Source of the DNA: an uncultured Alphaproteobacteria bacterium
Lineage (GTDB): Bacteria; Pseudomonadota; Alphaproteobacteria; UBA3830; CAYLKK01
Assembly: GCA_964412505.1 (NCBI GenBank)
Contig: CAYPOM010000004.1
Span: 14,761-78,760, forward strand
Direction of reading: 5' to 3'
Length of the DNA stretch: 64,000 nt
Shown here: one piece after another, positions 9,173-18,505 of the stretch
How the letters are laid out: every line of letters starts with the position of its first letter
How positions within the stretch are numbered: position 1 is the stretch's first letter
The notes under the pieces: generated by a model
Told to the model about the DNA's origin: nothing
What the model saw: only the letters and a program-made list of their open reading frames with translations
Database searches by the model: none
Translations under genes and position numbers: made by a program

Positions 9173-10117
9173 CTATTTGCTTTTTAGCGAGTTTTCAGCA
9201 GCATTAATTGTGTTAACAATTTCATAAATCATTGATCTTGTAGGTTTTATTCTCGTTTCATTACCTACATTTATTACATTAAGATATGCAGATTGTTTCA
9301 TTTCTTTTAAAATATTAAGTAATTCACTAACCTCTCTTTTCTCTCCCCCTACATATCCACTTTTTATATTTTCAACATTTGAAAAAATCTCATTCATTCC
9401 ATTATGGAATTTTTTTGCATCAGATGAAACCATCGCTAGTCCACCTACGAATAAATCAGCTTGATCGTCAGCATGCCCTGGACCATTTGAAATATTAATC
9501 AATCCAATAGCTGATTCAAACCACTTTGACATTTGAAGGACAAATTCTCTTTGAGAATAATTTAAATGCGAAAAAATTTCTAACCTTGATAATATATATA
9601 TATGTCTATACAAAAATTTTTTATTCACAATATGTGACATGGTCTCTTGTGAATATTTATGCCTAGATAGTTTTGACATAGAAGACGCCATCCAAGTTAG
9701 AGCATCTGCAATATCAGCCATCTCCATATTTGTATCAAACAATTCTACATACTTTTTATAGACTTCATTGTCATACATATTTTCAATGAATGATTCTAAT
9801 GCATCTAAAACAGCACAGTAATATCCATCAAATCTATATTGTTTATCTGAACGAAAAGCCTCAATATCAGCAATAGCTTCTTTTGCTAAATTCATTGTCG
9901 AATTTGTACCTTTCTGTTGATAAAAAAAGTTCGATAGTATCTGAACTATTTTTGAACGCATAGCATTTTTATAATCAGCTTTGAAAAATTCTGAACCTTT
10001 CTTATTTACGCTACCTATCCAATCAAATTTAGTATACACTTTTTTATCATCAATATTCTGCTTAGCAACAGAAAAAGAAGCGACAAATACGCATGCTATA
10101 ATAAAGTTTTTTTTCAT
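9173..10117 (-). CDS. Secreted orphan protein
   Basis: Start moved to ATG 10117 (MKKNFIIACVFVASFSVA signal peptide). About 314 aa; I recognise no family. Confidence 0.65.
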   Translation of the reverse strand: MKKNFIIACVFVASFSVAKQNIDDKKVYTKFDWIGSVNKKGSEFFKADYKNAMRSKIVQILSNFFYQQKGTNSTMNLAKEAIADIEAFRSDKQYRFDGYYCAVLDALESFIENMYDNEVYKKYVELFDTNMEMADIADALTWMASSMSKLSRHKYSQETMSHIVNKKFLYRHIYILSRLEIFSHLNYSQREFVLQMSKWFESAIGLINISNGPGHADDQADLFVGGLAMVSSDAKKFHNGMNEIFSNVENIKSGYVGGEKREVSELLNILKEMKQSAYLNVINVGNETRIKPTRSMIYEIVNTINAAENSLKSK

Positions 10118-10192
10118 TCCCAAACCCAAAGTACTACAGATAATTGGATGATAAACCAAACAAATTAAATATTAGTTGATTATTGGATTTTA

Positions 10193-10277
10193 TGGTGCGG
10201 TCGAGAAGACTTGAACTTCCACGGATCTCTCCACAGCGACCTCAACGCTGCGCGTCTACCAGTTCCGCCACGACCGC
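10193..10277 (-). tRNA. tRNA-Leu (anticodon GAG), CCA encoded
   Basis: Reverse complement is GCGGTCG..CAGCG-TTGAGGT-CGCTG..long variable arm..GGAAG-TTCAAGT-CTTCT-CGACCGC-A-CCA. Confidence 0.9.
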
Positions 10278-10431
10278 ATTTATTTCTTTTATGGTAACAT
10301 AATAAGATAAAATATGGAATCAGTTTTTTTAATACAGCAAAAATATAAATTAGCAGTATTTCAATGAAAGCATTAAGCTTCTTTTAATTGTTATATCGTC
10401 TAATCATTACGTTACCTCGAGTTATAAGCGC

Positions 10432-12054
10432 ATGCGTCTTTATGTTATATTGTGTTCAATGTTCTGCCTATACGCTTGCGATAAAATACATAAAAAACAT
10501 CTAACAAAACCAATAACAATAAACGATACAAAAGATTTTAGTGAACCGATTTTCGAACAAATTCCAATAGAAAATACAGAAGAGATAAAAGAGAACGAAG
10601 TTTTGTATAACGAGAAGTTTTATACTAAAATCTCATGTCATATAACTAGTGGTATGGCATTAAACGATGCTATTATCAATCTTGCAAAAGAATCTAATAT
10701 TTCTGTTTGTCTAGCTAATGGGATAAACGAGAAAATTTCACTATCAGCGCAAAATAAACCGTTCATCGATATAATCGAAGATATCTGTAATTTATGTGAT
10801 CTGAGATACAAAATTATCAATGATTCTATCTCTATCGAAAAAGATCAACCTTACTTAGAAGTTTATGATATACAGTTTTTAAACCTATCTAGAGAAAGCA
10901 AATGTAAAATCGCATCAACAAATGATGTTTTTGCTAGCGCAGATTCAATTACGCACGACAATAGATCTAAAAAAACGCAAAATGTATTAGATAATGGTTC
11001 TAGCTCATCAGTAAAAGCAAAAGGTAAAAATGATTTTTGGGCTGAATTAGAAAATTCAATAAAAGCAATATTAAACGACACTGAAAATAGTAGTGTCTCT
11101 ATACATAGGCAAGGTGGTCTAGTATCTATCATTGCTAACAGCAAAAAACACAAAGTGATTAAAGATTATATTAAACTTCTAAAAAAAACTACAGAAACAC
11201 AAGTTCTTATAGAAGCGAAAATATTAGAAGTTAAATTAAAAGATGAATATAGAAGCGGTATAAATTGGTATACATCTGGAACTTCAAAAATAATATTAGA
11301 TGCAAAATCTGCAGATGATATTTCTAATAGTTCACAACTACCTATGTTCTCTTTAGGATATAGCAGTACAAATTTTAGCTCTATCTTAAAATATATAGAA
11401 AGATTTGGAGCTATAAAAACTCTATCTAATCCCAGAATTACTGTAATGAATAACCAATCTGCTGTTTTAAAAGTAGCAAGAAATGAAATAGTCTCAAAAC
11501 CTGCGATATACAGAAATTTTTCTACTTATAGAGATACTAGAAGCAGCGATTCTTTCTATACAGACATTCAAACTATTCCAATAGGACTAATTTTTACTGT
11601 TCAGCCAGCAATAGATTTTTCTAATAAAACAATAACTCTCACGTTAAGGCCAACAATATCTAGAGTCGTCGATTTCAAAAAAATTCCTACATACACTTAT
11701 ATTGGAAATGGCGGATCTACAAGTGCAATGAATGCTCACCAAAATACTATAGATATTCCAGTAGTTGAAGTTAGAGAACTTGACTCTGTATTAAACGTAA
11801 AATCTGGACAAGTCATAGTATTAGGTGGGTTAATGCAGGAAAAATCTATTTCTGAAATATCTGGTGTTCCTGGAACAAAAAAATACAAAGTCATAAAAGA
11901 CATATTTAATTCATCTGCAGAAGATTCAGAAATTTCAGAATTGATAATCTTTTTAAGAGCACGAATTATAGATAAAAAATCAAAAAATGTAATTCATCCA
12001 AAAGATATTAATTACTCTAAAAAATATACAAATGATACGAGGCCAATTATATGA
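10432..12054 (+). CDS. Secretin-family outer-membrane channel, lipoprotein type (MshL/PilQ/GspD-like)
   Basis: 540 aa. N-terminus MRLYVILCSMFCLYAC is lipobox-like. C-terminal secretin motifs: NPRITVMNNQSAVLKV, IGLIFTVQP, PVVEVRELDSVLNVKSGQVIVLGGL, SGVPG. Confidence 0.8.
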   Translation: MRLYVILCSMFCLYACDKIHKKHLTKPITINDTKDFSEPIFEQIPIENTEEIKENEVLYNEKFYTKISCHITSGMALNDAIINLAKESNISVCLANGINEKISLSAQNKPFIDIIEDICNLCDLRYKIINDSISIEKDQPYLEVYDIQFLNLSRESKCKIASTNDVFASADSITHDNRSKKTQNVLDNGSSSSVKAKGKNDFWAELENSIKAILNDTENSSVSIHRQGGLVSIIANSKKHKVIKDYIKLLKKTTETQVLIEAKILEVKLKDEYRSGINWYTSGTSKIILDAKSADDISNSSQLPMFSLGYSSTNFSSILKYIERFGAIKTLSNPRITVMNNQSAVLKVARNEIVSKPAIYRNFSTYRDTRSSDSFYTDIQTIPIGLIFTVQPAIDFSNKTITLTLRPTISRVVDFKKIPTYTYIGNGGSTSAMNAHQNTIDIPVVEVRELDSVLNVKSGQVIVLGGLMQEKSISEISGVPGTKKYKVIKDIFNSSAEDSEISELIIFLRARIIDKKSKNVIHPKDINYSKKYTNDTRPII

Positions 12055-12644
12055 GATTCTTGAAAAAACAGAGCATTGGATTTTCTCTAATAGAAGTTGC
12101 AATCGCATTAAGTGTAATAGGCATTCTAATGGGATTATCTCTCAAAGGGCGTGATTTAATTGAGCTAGCAAAAATCAGATCACTTATTGCACAAGTTGAA
12201 AACTACAAATCTGCAGTACAAATTTTTTATGAAAAGTATGGAGCACTTCCTGGGGATTTTAAAGAAGCATCTATCGCAATTTCAAGCGATTTAGCTAATG
12301 GTGATGAAACAGGCATAATCGAAAGCAAAGAAGATGCTAAAAGATTTTGGACACACCTAACAAAAGATGGATTTTCTTCAGTACACATGTTAGATGGCTT
12401 TCCAAGTACAAAATTGGGAGGAATATTATCTGTTTCGAACACGATTAATGGAATAGATGGGCTATGGCTAATTTGGTGCGAAAAAACATCAGATAATAAA
12501 GATTTTTCTCCAATAGCTACAGAAAAAATTGCATATAAAATTAATAAGTCAATGGACAATGGAGAACTAAACTCTGGAGACGTACGCATTATAAAGAAAG
12601 GGTCATCATCAAAAAATAGCATCCTTTTATTCCGTATATGGTAA
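12051..12644 (+). CDS. Prepilin-type N-terminal cleavage/methylation domain protein (type IV pilin or T2SS pseudopilin)
   Basis: MRFLKKQSIG/FSLIEVAIALSVIGILMG is a class III signal sequence. Its ATG overlaps the secretin TGA (ATGA), which implies translational coupling. Confidence 0.8.
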   Translation: MRFLKKQSIGFSLIEVAIALSVIGILMGLSLKGRDLIELAKIRSLIAQVENYKSAVQIFYEKYGALPGDFKEASIAISSDLANGDETGIIESKEDAKRFWTHLTKDGFSSVHMLDGFPSTKLGGILSVSNTINGIDGLWLIWCEKTSDNKDFSPIATEKIAYKINKSMDNGELNSGDVRIIKKGSSSKNSILLFRIW

Positions 12645-12774
12645 ATAAAAAATCTATAATTAAATGCAATTTTTAAAAGACTCTAATATTTAGCTACCAA
12701 TAGAAAAACCTATGCAAAGCAATAACTTCACATAGGCCATTATCAATAGTATAAGATAGGAAACTAAACTTAAT

Positions 12775-13380
12775 TTATTCTAATTCTCTTTTTGTAATTA
12801 TCTTATCTATTAATCCGAATTCTAAAGCTGTTTCTGGGTCCATAAAATTGTCTCTTTCCATAGCTTTTTCAATTTCCTCTAATTTCCTACCAGTATGTTT
12901 TACGTACATACCATTTAATTTCGACCTTAACTTAAGAATTTCTTTAGCATGAATTTCTATATCAGTAGCTTGGCCTTGAACACCTCCAGATGGTTGATGT
13001 ATCATAATTCTAGAATTAGGCAAAGAATATCTGCATCCTGGCTCTCCTGCCGCCAATAATAATGACCCCATTGAAGCAGCTTGTCCCATACAAACAGTAA
13101 TAACTCTAGGGCGAATATACTGCATTGTATCATATATAGACAACCCAGACGTTACGACACCACCTGGTGAATTTATATAAAAAAATATATCTTTTTTTGG
13201 ATCTTCTGCCTCAAGAAAAAGCAACTGAGCACATATTAAACTAGCAGTATAATCATTCACTTGATTTGCAAGAAATATGATTCGTTCACGCAATAACCTA
13301 GAGTATATATCAAACACCCTATCGCCATGAGCGCCCTGCTCTACAACCATTGGGATACAACTCATCATCTCATTAGACAT
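12775..13380 (-). CDS. clpP: ATP-dependent Clp protease proteolytic subunit
   Basis: [34 protein letters not shown] and IMIHQP motifs. Start set to ATG 13380 with AGGAG 5 nt upstream, because the track start 13404 lies inside the tig terminator hairpin. Confidence 0.92.
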   Translation of the reverse strand: MSNEMMSCIPMVVEQGAHGDRVFDIYSRLLRERIIFLANQVNDYTASLICAQLLFLEAEDPKKDIFFYINSPGGVVTSGLSIYDTMQYIRPRVITVCMGQAASMGSLLLAAGEPGCRYSLPNSRIMIHQPSGGVQGQATDIEIHAKEILKLRSKLNGMYVKHTGRKLEEIEKAMERDNFMDPETALEFGLIDKIITKRELE

Positions 13381-13403
13381 AAAATCTCCTGTGACAAAAA
13401 ACA

Positions 13404-13422
13404 ACGGGCTATTTTAGCCCGT
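13404..13422 (-). terminator. Intrinsic terminator downstream of tig
   Basis: ACGGGCT-ATTTT-AGCCCGT hairpin, followed on the minus strand by TGTTTTTTGT. Confidence 0.6.
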
Positions 13423-13450
13423 AAAAAATTAAAAAAAGTATAAGCAAAAA

Positions 13451-14938
13451 CTATTCTTTAGAATCTTCCTTCTTTTTAGAAGCTCTTTTCTTCGTAGTTT
13501 CAGAAGGTTTTACTTCTGACTCATCTTTTTTCGCACAAGCCTTTCTAGTTTTCTTTACTGCAGATTTTTTATCTGAAGACGCAGCATTATCTTCCTTCCG
13601 ACCTTTAGTGCTCAATGTATCTTGTTGTTCATCATCTTCGTAGCAATCAAAAAACTCAGAATCGAGCTCTAACAACTCTTTTGTCGTAATCTCTACATCA
13701 TTTAACTTAGCATATTTTTGCTCTATAAACGATACGACTTTACGCTCAAGAATAGGCCCGGCCAAAGATGATATAAATGTAGGATCATTAGAATACTTGG
13801 ATATCACTTCTTTCTCTTTTCCTGGGAACAATCTAGCGAAATCCAACATAGCATACCGCAACTCATCTTGAGTAACAGAGATTTTTTCATCTTTAGCAAT
13901 CTTTGAAATTACAAGACCGAGACGAACTCTACGTAAAGCGATATCTTTACATTCCTCTTCAACTTTTGGCATCTTCGAAGAACTTAGCTTCTTCCCTTCT
14001 CTATCAGCTTCTGCTCGAATTTGTCTTAATATTGAATTGAACTCAAAATCAAGCATTTTGCTTGGCACATCGAAAGAATACACAGAATTTAAATAATCAA
14101 GAAGCTGCTTCTTCTCTACATTAGAAATATCAGACTGAGACTTAGCTTCGATACGTTCCTTTGCCCAATTCTTCAACTTCTCAATAGTTTCAAATCCTGA
14201 ATAGGCCAAGAATTCATCATCCAACTTATATTTTCCAGGTACATATATTTTTAGAACCTTCACATGAATTTTAGCAATCTCACTATTAACACCAATCTCA
14301 AAATCAGATTCAGAACCTAAATGCAAACCATTAAGATGCCCCTCTACACCATCATTTTCAGCGACTATGAAAGACATTGTCTCTTTTTCTATGTCAAGTC
14401 TCTTTTTCTTTGAGCCATTACCTTTTGCTGTTAACTCGACATCTACCTTGTCACCGACTACAGCCTTATGTCCATCATCAGCCTCAACCCATTTTACTTC
14501 TTTTGATAATATTTCATTCAAGTAATCATCAATATCGCTATCAGCAACTTTCACCTTGTACTTATTCATTACAAGATTAGACAGATCCTTCAGTTCTATT
14601 TGAGGCATCTCCTCAAATTTAACTGATATTTTTAATCCATTTTCATCATCCGAGATAATTTCAGCGTCGGGCTTAAATGCTGCGACTATCTCTTTTCCTT
14701 TCGTAGCTACACCGATAGCTGCATCGATAATCTTCTTTATAGCATCTTTTCTAGCAAGATACCCGTAATTCTTTGCAATAATATTTAGAGGAACATGCCC
14801 AGGACGAAACCCTGGCATTTTCACTTGAGATTTTATGCCATTTAACTCTTCTGCTACACGTACATCCAACTCATCTTTATTTACAAACAGCTCACAGAAG
14901 TTTTCTAATCCATTAACTTCATTCTTTAACAGTTCCAT
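13451..14938 (-). CDS. tig: Trigger factor with a basic C-terminal tail
   Basis: MPGFRPGHVP motif and trigger-factor domain order. Start trimmed to ATG 14938 (MELLKNEV) because the track ORF reads through tRNA-Leu. The last ~60 aa are K/E/S-rich. Confidence 0.9.
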   Translation of the reverse strand: MELLKNEVNGLENFCELFVNKDELDVRVAEELNGIKSQVKMPGFRPGHVPLNIIAKNYGYLARKDAIKKIIDAAIGVATKGKEIVAAFKPDAEIISDDENGLKISVKFEEMPQIELKDLSNLVMNKYKVKVADSDIDDYLNEILSKEVKWVEADDGHKAVVGDKVDVELTAKGNGSKKKRLDIEKETMSFIVAENDGVEGHLNGLHLGSESDFEIGVNSEIAKIHVKVLKIYVPGKYKLDDEFLAYSGFETIEKLKNWAKERIEAKSQSDISNVEKKQLLDYLNSVYSFDVPSKMLDFEFNSILRQIRAEADREGKKLSSSKMPKVEEECKDIALRRVRLGLVISKIAKDEKISVTQDELRYAMLDFARLFPGKEKEVISKYSNDPTFISSLAGPILERKVVSFIEQKYAKLNDVEITTKELLELDSEFFDCYEDDEQQDTLSTKGRKEDNAASSDKKSAVKKTRKACAKKDESEVKPSETTKKRASKKKEDSKE

Positions 14939-14959
14939 AACATCTTCCACAAAAACAAA

Positions 14960-15044
14960 TGGTGCGGATGAAGGGACTCGAACCCCCACAGAATTACCCA
15001 CCAGAACCTAAATCTGGCGCGTCTACCAGTTTCGCCACATCCGC
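14960..15044 (-). tRNA. tRNA-Leu (anticodon UAG), CCA encoded
   Basis: Reverse complement is GCGGATG..CCAGA-TTTAGGT-TCTGG..variable arm..GGGGG-TTCGAGT-CCCTT-CATCCGC-A-CCA. Confidence 0.9.
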
Positions 15045-15090
15045 AATGTTTTGATTATAACATGTTACAAAAAAAAAGCATAGGACAAAA

Positions 15091-15795
15091 TCAAATCAAA
15101 AAGTCTTGAAAACCTATCACTTTGTATATATCTTCATTCTCAGACTTTGGATTAATGACTATCTCCCCACCATTTAAACCCGAATTGAACGCCGGAACCA
15201 CACGAATACAGCCATCAGAGACATCGACACATTTATGTAATCCAACCTTACCATTCGCTGTGCACACTAGAAGAGTATCATCTACAGTGCAATCATCTGC
15301 AGACGAAAGATACAAAACACACTTCTGAGAAAAACACTGATGGAAAGCATCACCGCATCTCAAACCAAAGCAATTGACTCCAACAAGCTCATGAGGACGA
15401 TAGATCCAAGTGCATGGAGGATTACGCAAAAGGAAAAAACGTGGTCCATCTTCGAGATTGCGTTTTGTCAATACATACACAGGCAAAGTCTTTTTAGGAG
15501 TTACAGAATCATAGACAATTTCATAATATTTAAAATGCCCGTAACGCCTTCTTGCTCTTTCTGGCGCAGGAATATCACTCAAGCCGCCAGACCGATACAC
15601 ACCATTAATCATATCGCCGAGCACATCAGCTCTTGTACACTTGTATATCTCCACGAACCTATCGACAAGATACGCCTGCACCCTGCGCCCACCAGATTCC
15701 AATCTAGAAAGATAAGAAACCGACACCCCGATAAGCTGCGCAGCATCTGCAAGTGTATACCCACGGCTACGCCTCATTTTACGCAAATTAGACAT
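15091..15795 (-). CDS. XRE/cI-type HTH repressor with a C-terminal LexA/S24-like-sized domain
   Basis: MSNLRKMRRSRGYTLADAAQLIGVSVSYLSRLESGGR is a canonical HTH_3. About 150 further residues are of unclear catalytic status. The track ORF starts at GTG 15885, so the start is uncertain. Confidence 0.7.
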   Translation of the reverse strand: MSNLRKMRRSRGYTLADAAQLIGVSVSYLSRLESGGRRVQAYLVDRFVEIYKCTRADVLGDMINGVYRSGGLSDIPAPERARRRYGHFKYYEIVYDSVTPKKTLPVYVLTKRNLEDGPRFFLLRNPPCTWIYRPHELVGVNCFGLRCGDAFHQCFSQKCVLYLSSADDCTVDDTLLVCTANGKVGLHKCVDVSDGCIRVVPAFNSGLNGGEIVINPKSENEDIYKVIGFQDFLI

Positions 15796-15992
15796 ACGCA
15801 CGCCAAAGCGTCTCTCTACATAATCACTAGAACCGACATCCACAAAACCGACACTATCATCTTTCACAGCGACAGAAACGCCCACAACTCACCTCAAACA
15901 ACAATACGAAAGATTAAAATACATTAATAAGACAAAGTCAATATCAATTAGAAAACATTTTACTAAAAATACCAACAAAACGCACAAAACAA

Positions 15993-16337
15993 CTACTTAG
16001 AATCGTCGCCCTCATAACCTATTTCAGATTGTAATTTTATTCTTAAATTAACTTCATTTGCATTCTCAACCAAAAGTTCAACGACACGCCGCCTAAGCGA
16101 GCGAACCTCAGCAATGAGAGAAGCCATACAATTCCTCATATCAACGATTAAATGGGCATTAGCACTATTCTCCTCCCGAGAATTATAATCAAGAAGCGCT
16201 ATCGGATCGTTACCTTCATCATCCGTAGCGATCCAAACGCTATCCACAGCCTCATCCTCTATCACATACCACTTCCCTTTTGTAGCGCGTTGCAAACAAT
16301 TATCGATGACACTAAGCTCGTCAGAATTACCAACCAT
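15993..16337 (-). CDS. Phage Ead/Ea22-like small protein
   Basis: 114 aa. The pattern ATKGKWYV ... IA ... ANAHLIVDMRNCMASLIAEVRSLRRRV matches, from memory, the ATxGxW ... NAxLIA ... coiled-coil layout of Ead/Ea22-like phage proteins. Confidence 0.5.
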   Translation of the reverse strand: MVGNSDELSVIDNCLQRATKGKWYVIEDEAVDSVWIATDDEGNDPIALLDYNSREENSANAHLIVDMRNCMASLIAEVRSLRRRVVELLVENANEVNLRIKLQSEIGYEGDDSK

Positions 16338-16406
16338 TGATTAGACCATAGAGACAACAATAAACAATATTTTCCAGACGAGCAAAAACCATACGATGCT
16401 AGGAGA

Positions 16407-16892
16407 CTAGCAAGCCGACAATTGAGATATCGCCTCATCTTCAGATTTTCCGACAGAGACTTTTATATCCACACAAACCTCAGGATGAAGGGAAACAGAT
16501 ACAGAATAGACACCCAATTCCTTTATAGGAGAATTAATGCTGACCTTAGAAGAAGAAACAACCACACCCTTTTCCGAAATTTGTGCAGCTATATCTCTCG
16601 CAGACACAGAACCATATAAATGCCCCTTCTCACTTGCCTGACGAACCAAAATAATAGTTACATCTTTAATCTTCTCTAGCAACGACAAAGCCTCATTCTT
16701 ACTTTTTTCATTTGCAGCTTCAATTTCAGCTTTTTTGCTCTCAAAATACTCCATATTCGCTTTGTTTGCTCTCAATGCAATTCTCTGAGGCAACAAATAA
16801 TTACGTGCAAAACCAGGTTTAACGTTTACTACATCACCAATACAGCCCAATTTCGCGACCCTTTGAAGAAGGATCACCTTCATTTGTTTCAT
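16407..16892 (-). CDS. rplI: 50S ribosomal protein L9
   Basis: MKVILLQRVAKLGCIGDVVNVKPGFARNYLLPQ, with GAGG 6 nt upstream of ATG 16892. Confidence 0.9.
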   Translation of the reverse strand: MKQMKVILLQRVAKLGCIGDVVNVKPGFARNYLLPQRIALRANKANMEYFESKKAEIEAANEKSKNEALSLLEKIKDVTIILVRQASEKGHLYGSVSARDIAAQISEKGVVVSSSKVSINSPIKELGVYSVSVSLHPEVCVDIKVSVGKSEDEAISQLSAC

Positions 16893-17092
16893 AAAAAACC
16901 TCTACGACATTTTTTTCCAGTCTAGCATAGGCTTAACAAAAATGCAAACACTGTAAAAAACACAAAGCAGTCAACATTTTTAATGACGTCAACACTGTAT
17001 AACGTTCGCAAATGTATCAAAAAGATAACCATTATTATTTTTTTTACAGATTATATGTTAAAATCTTCAAAAATATTTGTATCGGTATGTTT

Positions 17093-18505
17093 ATGAAATA
17101 TTTACACATTTTTGTTTGCTTTATATCTTTATCTTTTGAATGTATAGCGGCGAATTCTCTATCTAGAACAATCCCAACGAATTTATCAGTGTTACCTTCA
17201 TGCTATATCAGCGGACAAAATAGCTCTAATGTTATTAAAGAACATATAACATATTTAGAATCATTACACAACAAACTTGCTAACCAAAAAGACTCAGATA
17301 ACAATGAGACGTCTCATAGTTATGTTTCAATGAAAAAATGTATTGCATGTGTTGTAAGTTTGTTTGATACATCTACTTTTTCTCATGAGAACTTAAAAGA
17401 TATTATTAATACAAATGAAAATTACTATTCATCTACTACCGTTGAAGAAAGATTAACAGATGATGTTGTCGGTAATGCAATTAACAGCTTAGAGAAATAC
17501 AGAGAATCAAATGGAAATAACAAAGATTTCCTAGGCAGTTTCCAAACACACTGTTTATGCTTAGCTCTTAGACGTGGGATTGTAGAAAAAGAAGCTATCG
17601 AAACATTCGTAAAGGAAAAGATATCAAACATACAAACTCAGATAAATTCAGAATTAAATTTCAAATTTGCTGAAAATATCTCCAGAACTGTAGCCGGCGC
17701 GTGCGCAGATGCTATACAATATTTTTGCTTAGACAAGCTTATAATGGACTTAACTCACGCTGTATATGGTAACAATTTAAAAGTAAAAAAATTCGATAAG
17801 CGAGGGAATGGAAAAGAAGCGACAGCAATGGATTTATTGCTATCGAATGATGTCCTTAGACAAAAAGTTATTGAAAAAAAATATAAAAAAGCTGACGTAG
17901 GAACAAGCGAAGTAGCCGAAGGACAAAATGAGCTCATAAATTGCGCATGCAGTGCTATTTTGCAATCATTGCCATACTCGCCATACGCTCATAATGATGG
18001 TTTAATTCAGTTTCCTAAGAAGAACATTTTTGGAAATAGTGATGACACAATTGAAGATATCTTAAAATATGTATTAGGCGAAAATATAGGTGTTACAAAA
18101 AAAGATTTCTCGAAAGAAACAGCACCATCACCTACGCCTTTTGACACGAAATTATTTAACGACTTAAAGAACGATATTGTCCTTTATTTATGTAAAAATG
18201 CAAATAGTAAAACCACAGGAGCCCGCAGATTAAATGCCATAGGTCAATTCAAGGCAAATGATGTAGCAATGATCAAAGGCACAAAGTACAAAACATTGTC
18301 TTTCGTTGGATTTTCAAATGATTTTAATAAGGTCGACTTATTTGAAAAGTTTGGAGATGAAATCAGCTATCAAACATCACAAGGATACACACAATCTACT
18401 GAAACTGCAAGCATTTGGCTAAAAAATGGGGAAATATTCAAAGACGCTAACAAAACAACAGGACATCCAGATAATTATCTGTTTATCCTATACAAAGGAA
18501 AGTAA
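17093..18505 (+). CDS. Secreted orphan protein
   Basis: Start set to ATG 17093 (MKYLHIFVCFISLSFECIAA signal peptide). About 470 aa; I recognise no family. Confidence 0.65.
   Translation: MKYLHIFVCFISLSFECIAANSLSRTIPTNLSVLPSCYISGQNSSNVIKEHITYLESLHNKLANQKDSDNNETSHSYVSMKKCIACVVSLFDTSTFSHENLKDIINTNENYYSSTTVEERLTDDVVGNAINSLEKYRESNGNNKDFLGSFQTHCLCLALRRGIVEKEAIETFVKEKISNIQTQINSELNFKFAENISRTVAGACADAIQYFCLDKLIMDLTHAVYGNNLKVKKFDKRGNGKEATAMDLLLSNDVLRQKVIEKKYKKADVGTSEVAEGQNELINCACSAILQSLPYSPYAHNDGLIQFPKKNIFGNSDDTIEDILKYVLGENIGVTKKDFSKETAPSPTPFDTKLFNDLKNDIVLYLCKNANSKTTGARRLNAIGQFKANDVAMIKGTKYKTLSFVGFSNDFNKVDLFEKFGDEISYQTSQGYTQSTETASIWLKNGEIFKDANKTTGHPDNYLFILYKGK

Noticed and set aside
12051-12054. Possibility of a reassigned stop codon (for example TGA=Trp), as in some tiny symbiont genomes.
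   Set aside because: TGA terminates well-aligned genes (the secretin at 12052-12054 and rph at 19612-19614). TAA and TAG also terminate conserved genes at expected lengths.
14939-15001. Track ORF for trigger factor extends 21 codons upstream (MGNSVGVRVPSSAPFVFVEDV).
   Set aside because: The extension is the reverse complement of tRNA-Leu(UAG). The same artefact inflates the track ORFs at 25498-26316 (tRNA-Leu UAA) and 37162-37950 (tRNA-Arg UCU), so starts were trimmed to internal ATGs.
15340-15927. 195-aa plus-strand ORF, together with 15122-15328 and 16152-16340.
   Set aside because: It is antisense to the XRE/Ea22 genes. The long open frame is explained by the strong C/A bias of this strand, and the product has no SD, no motifs and low complexity.
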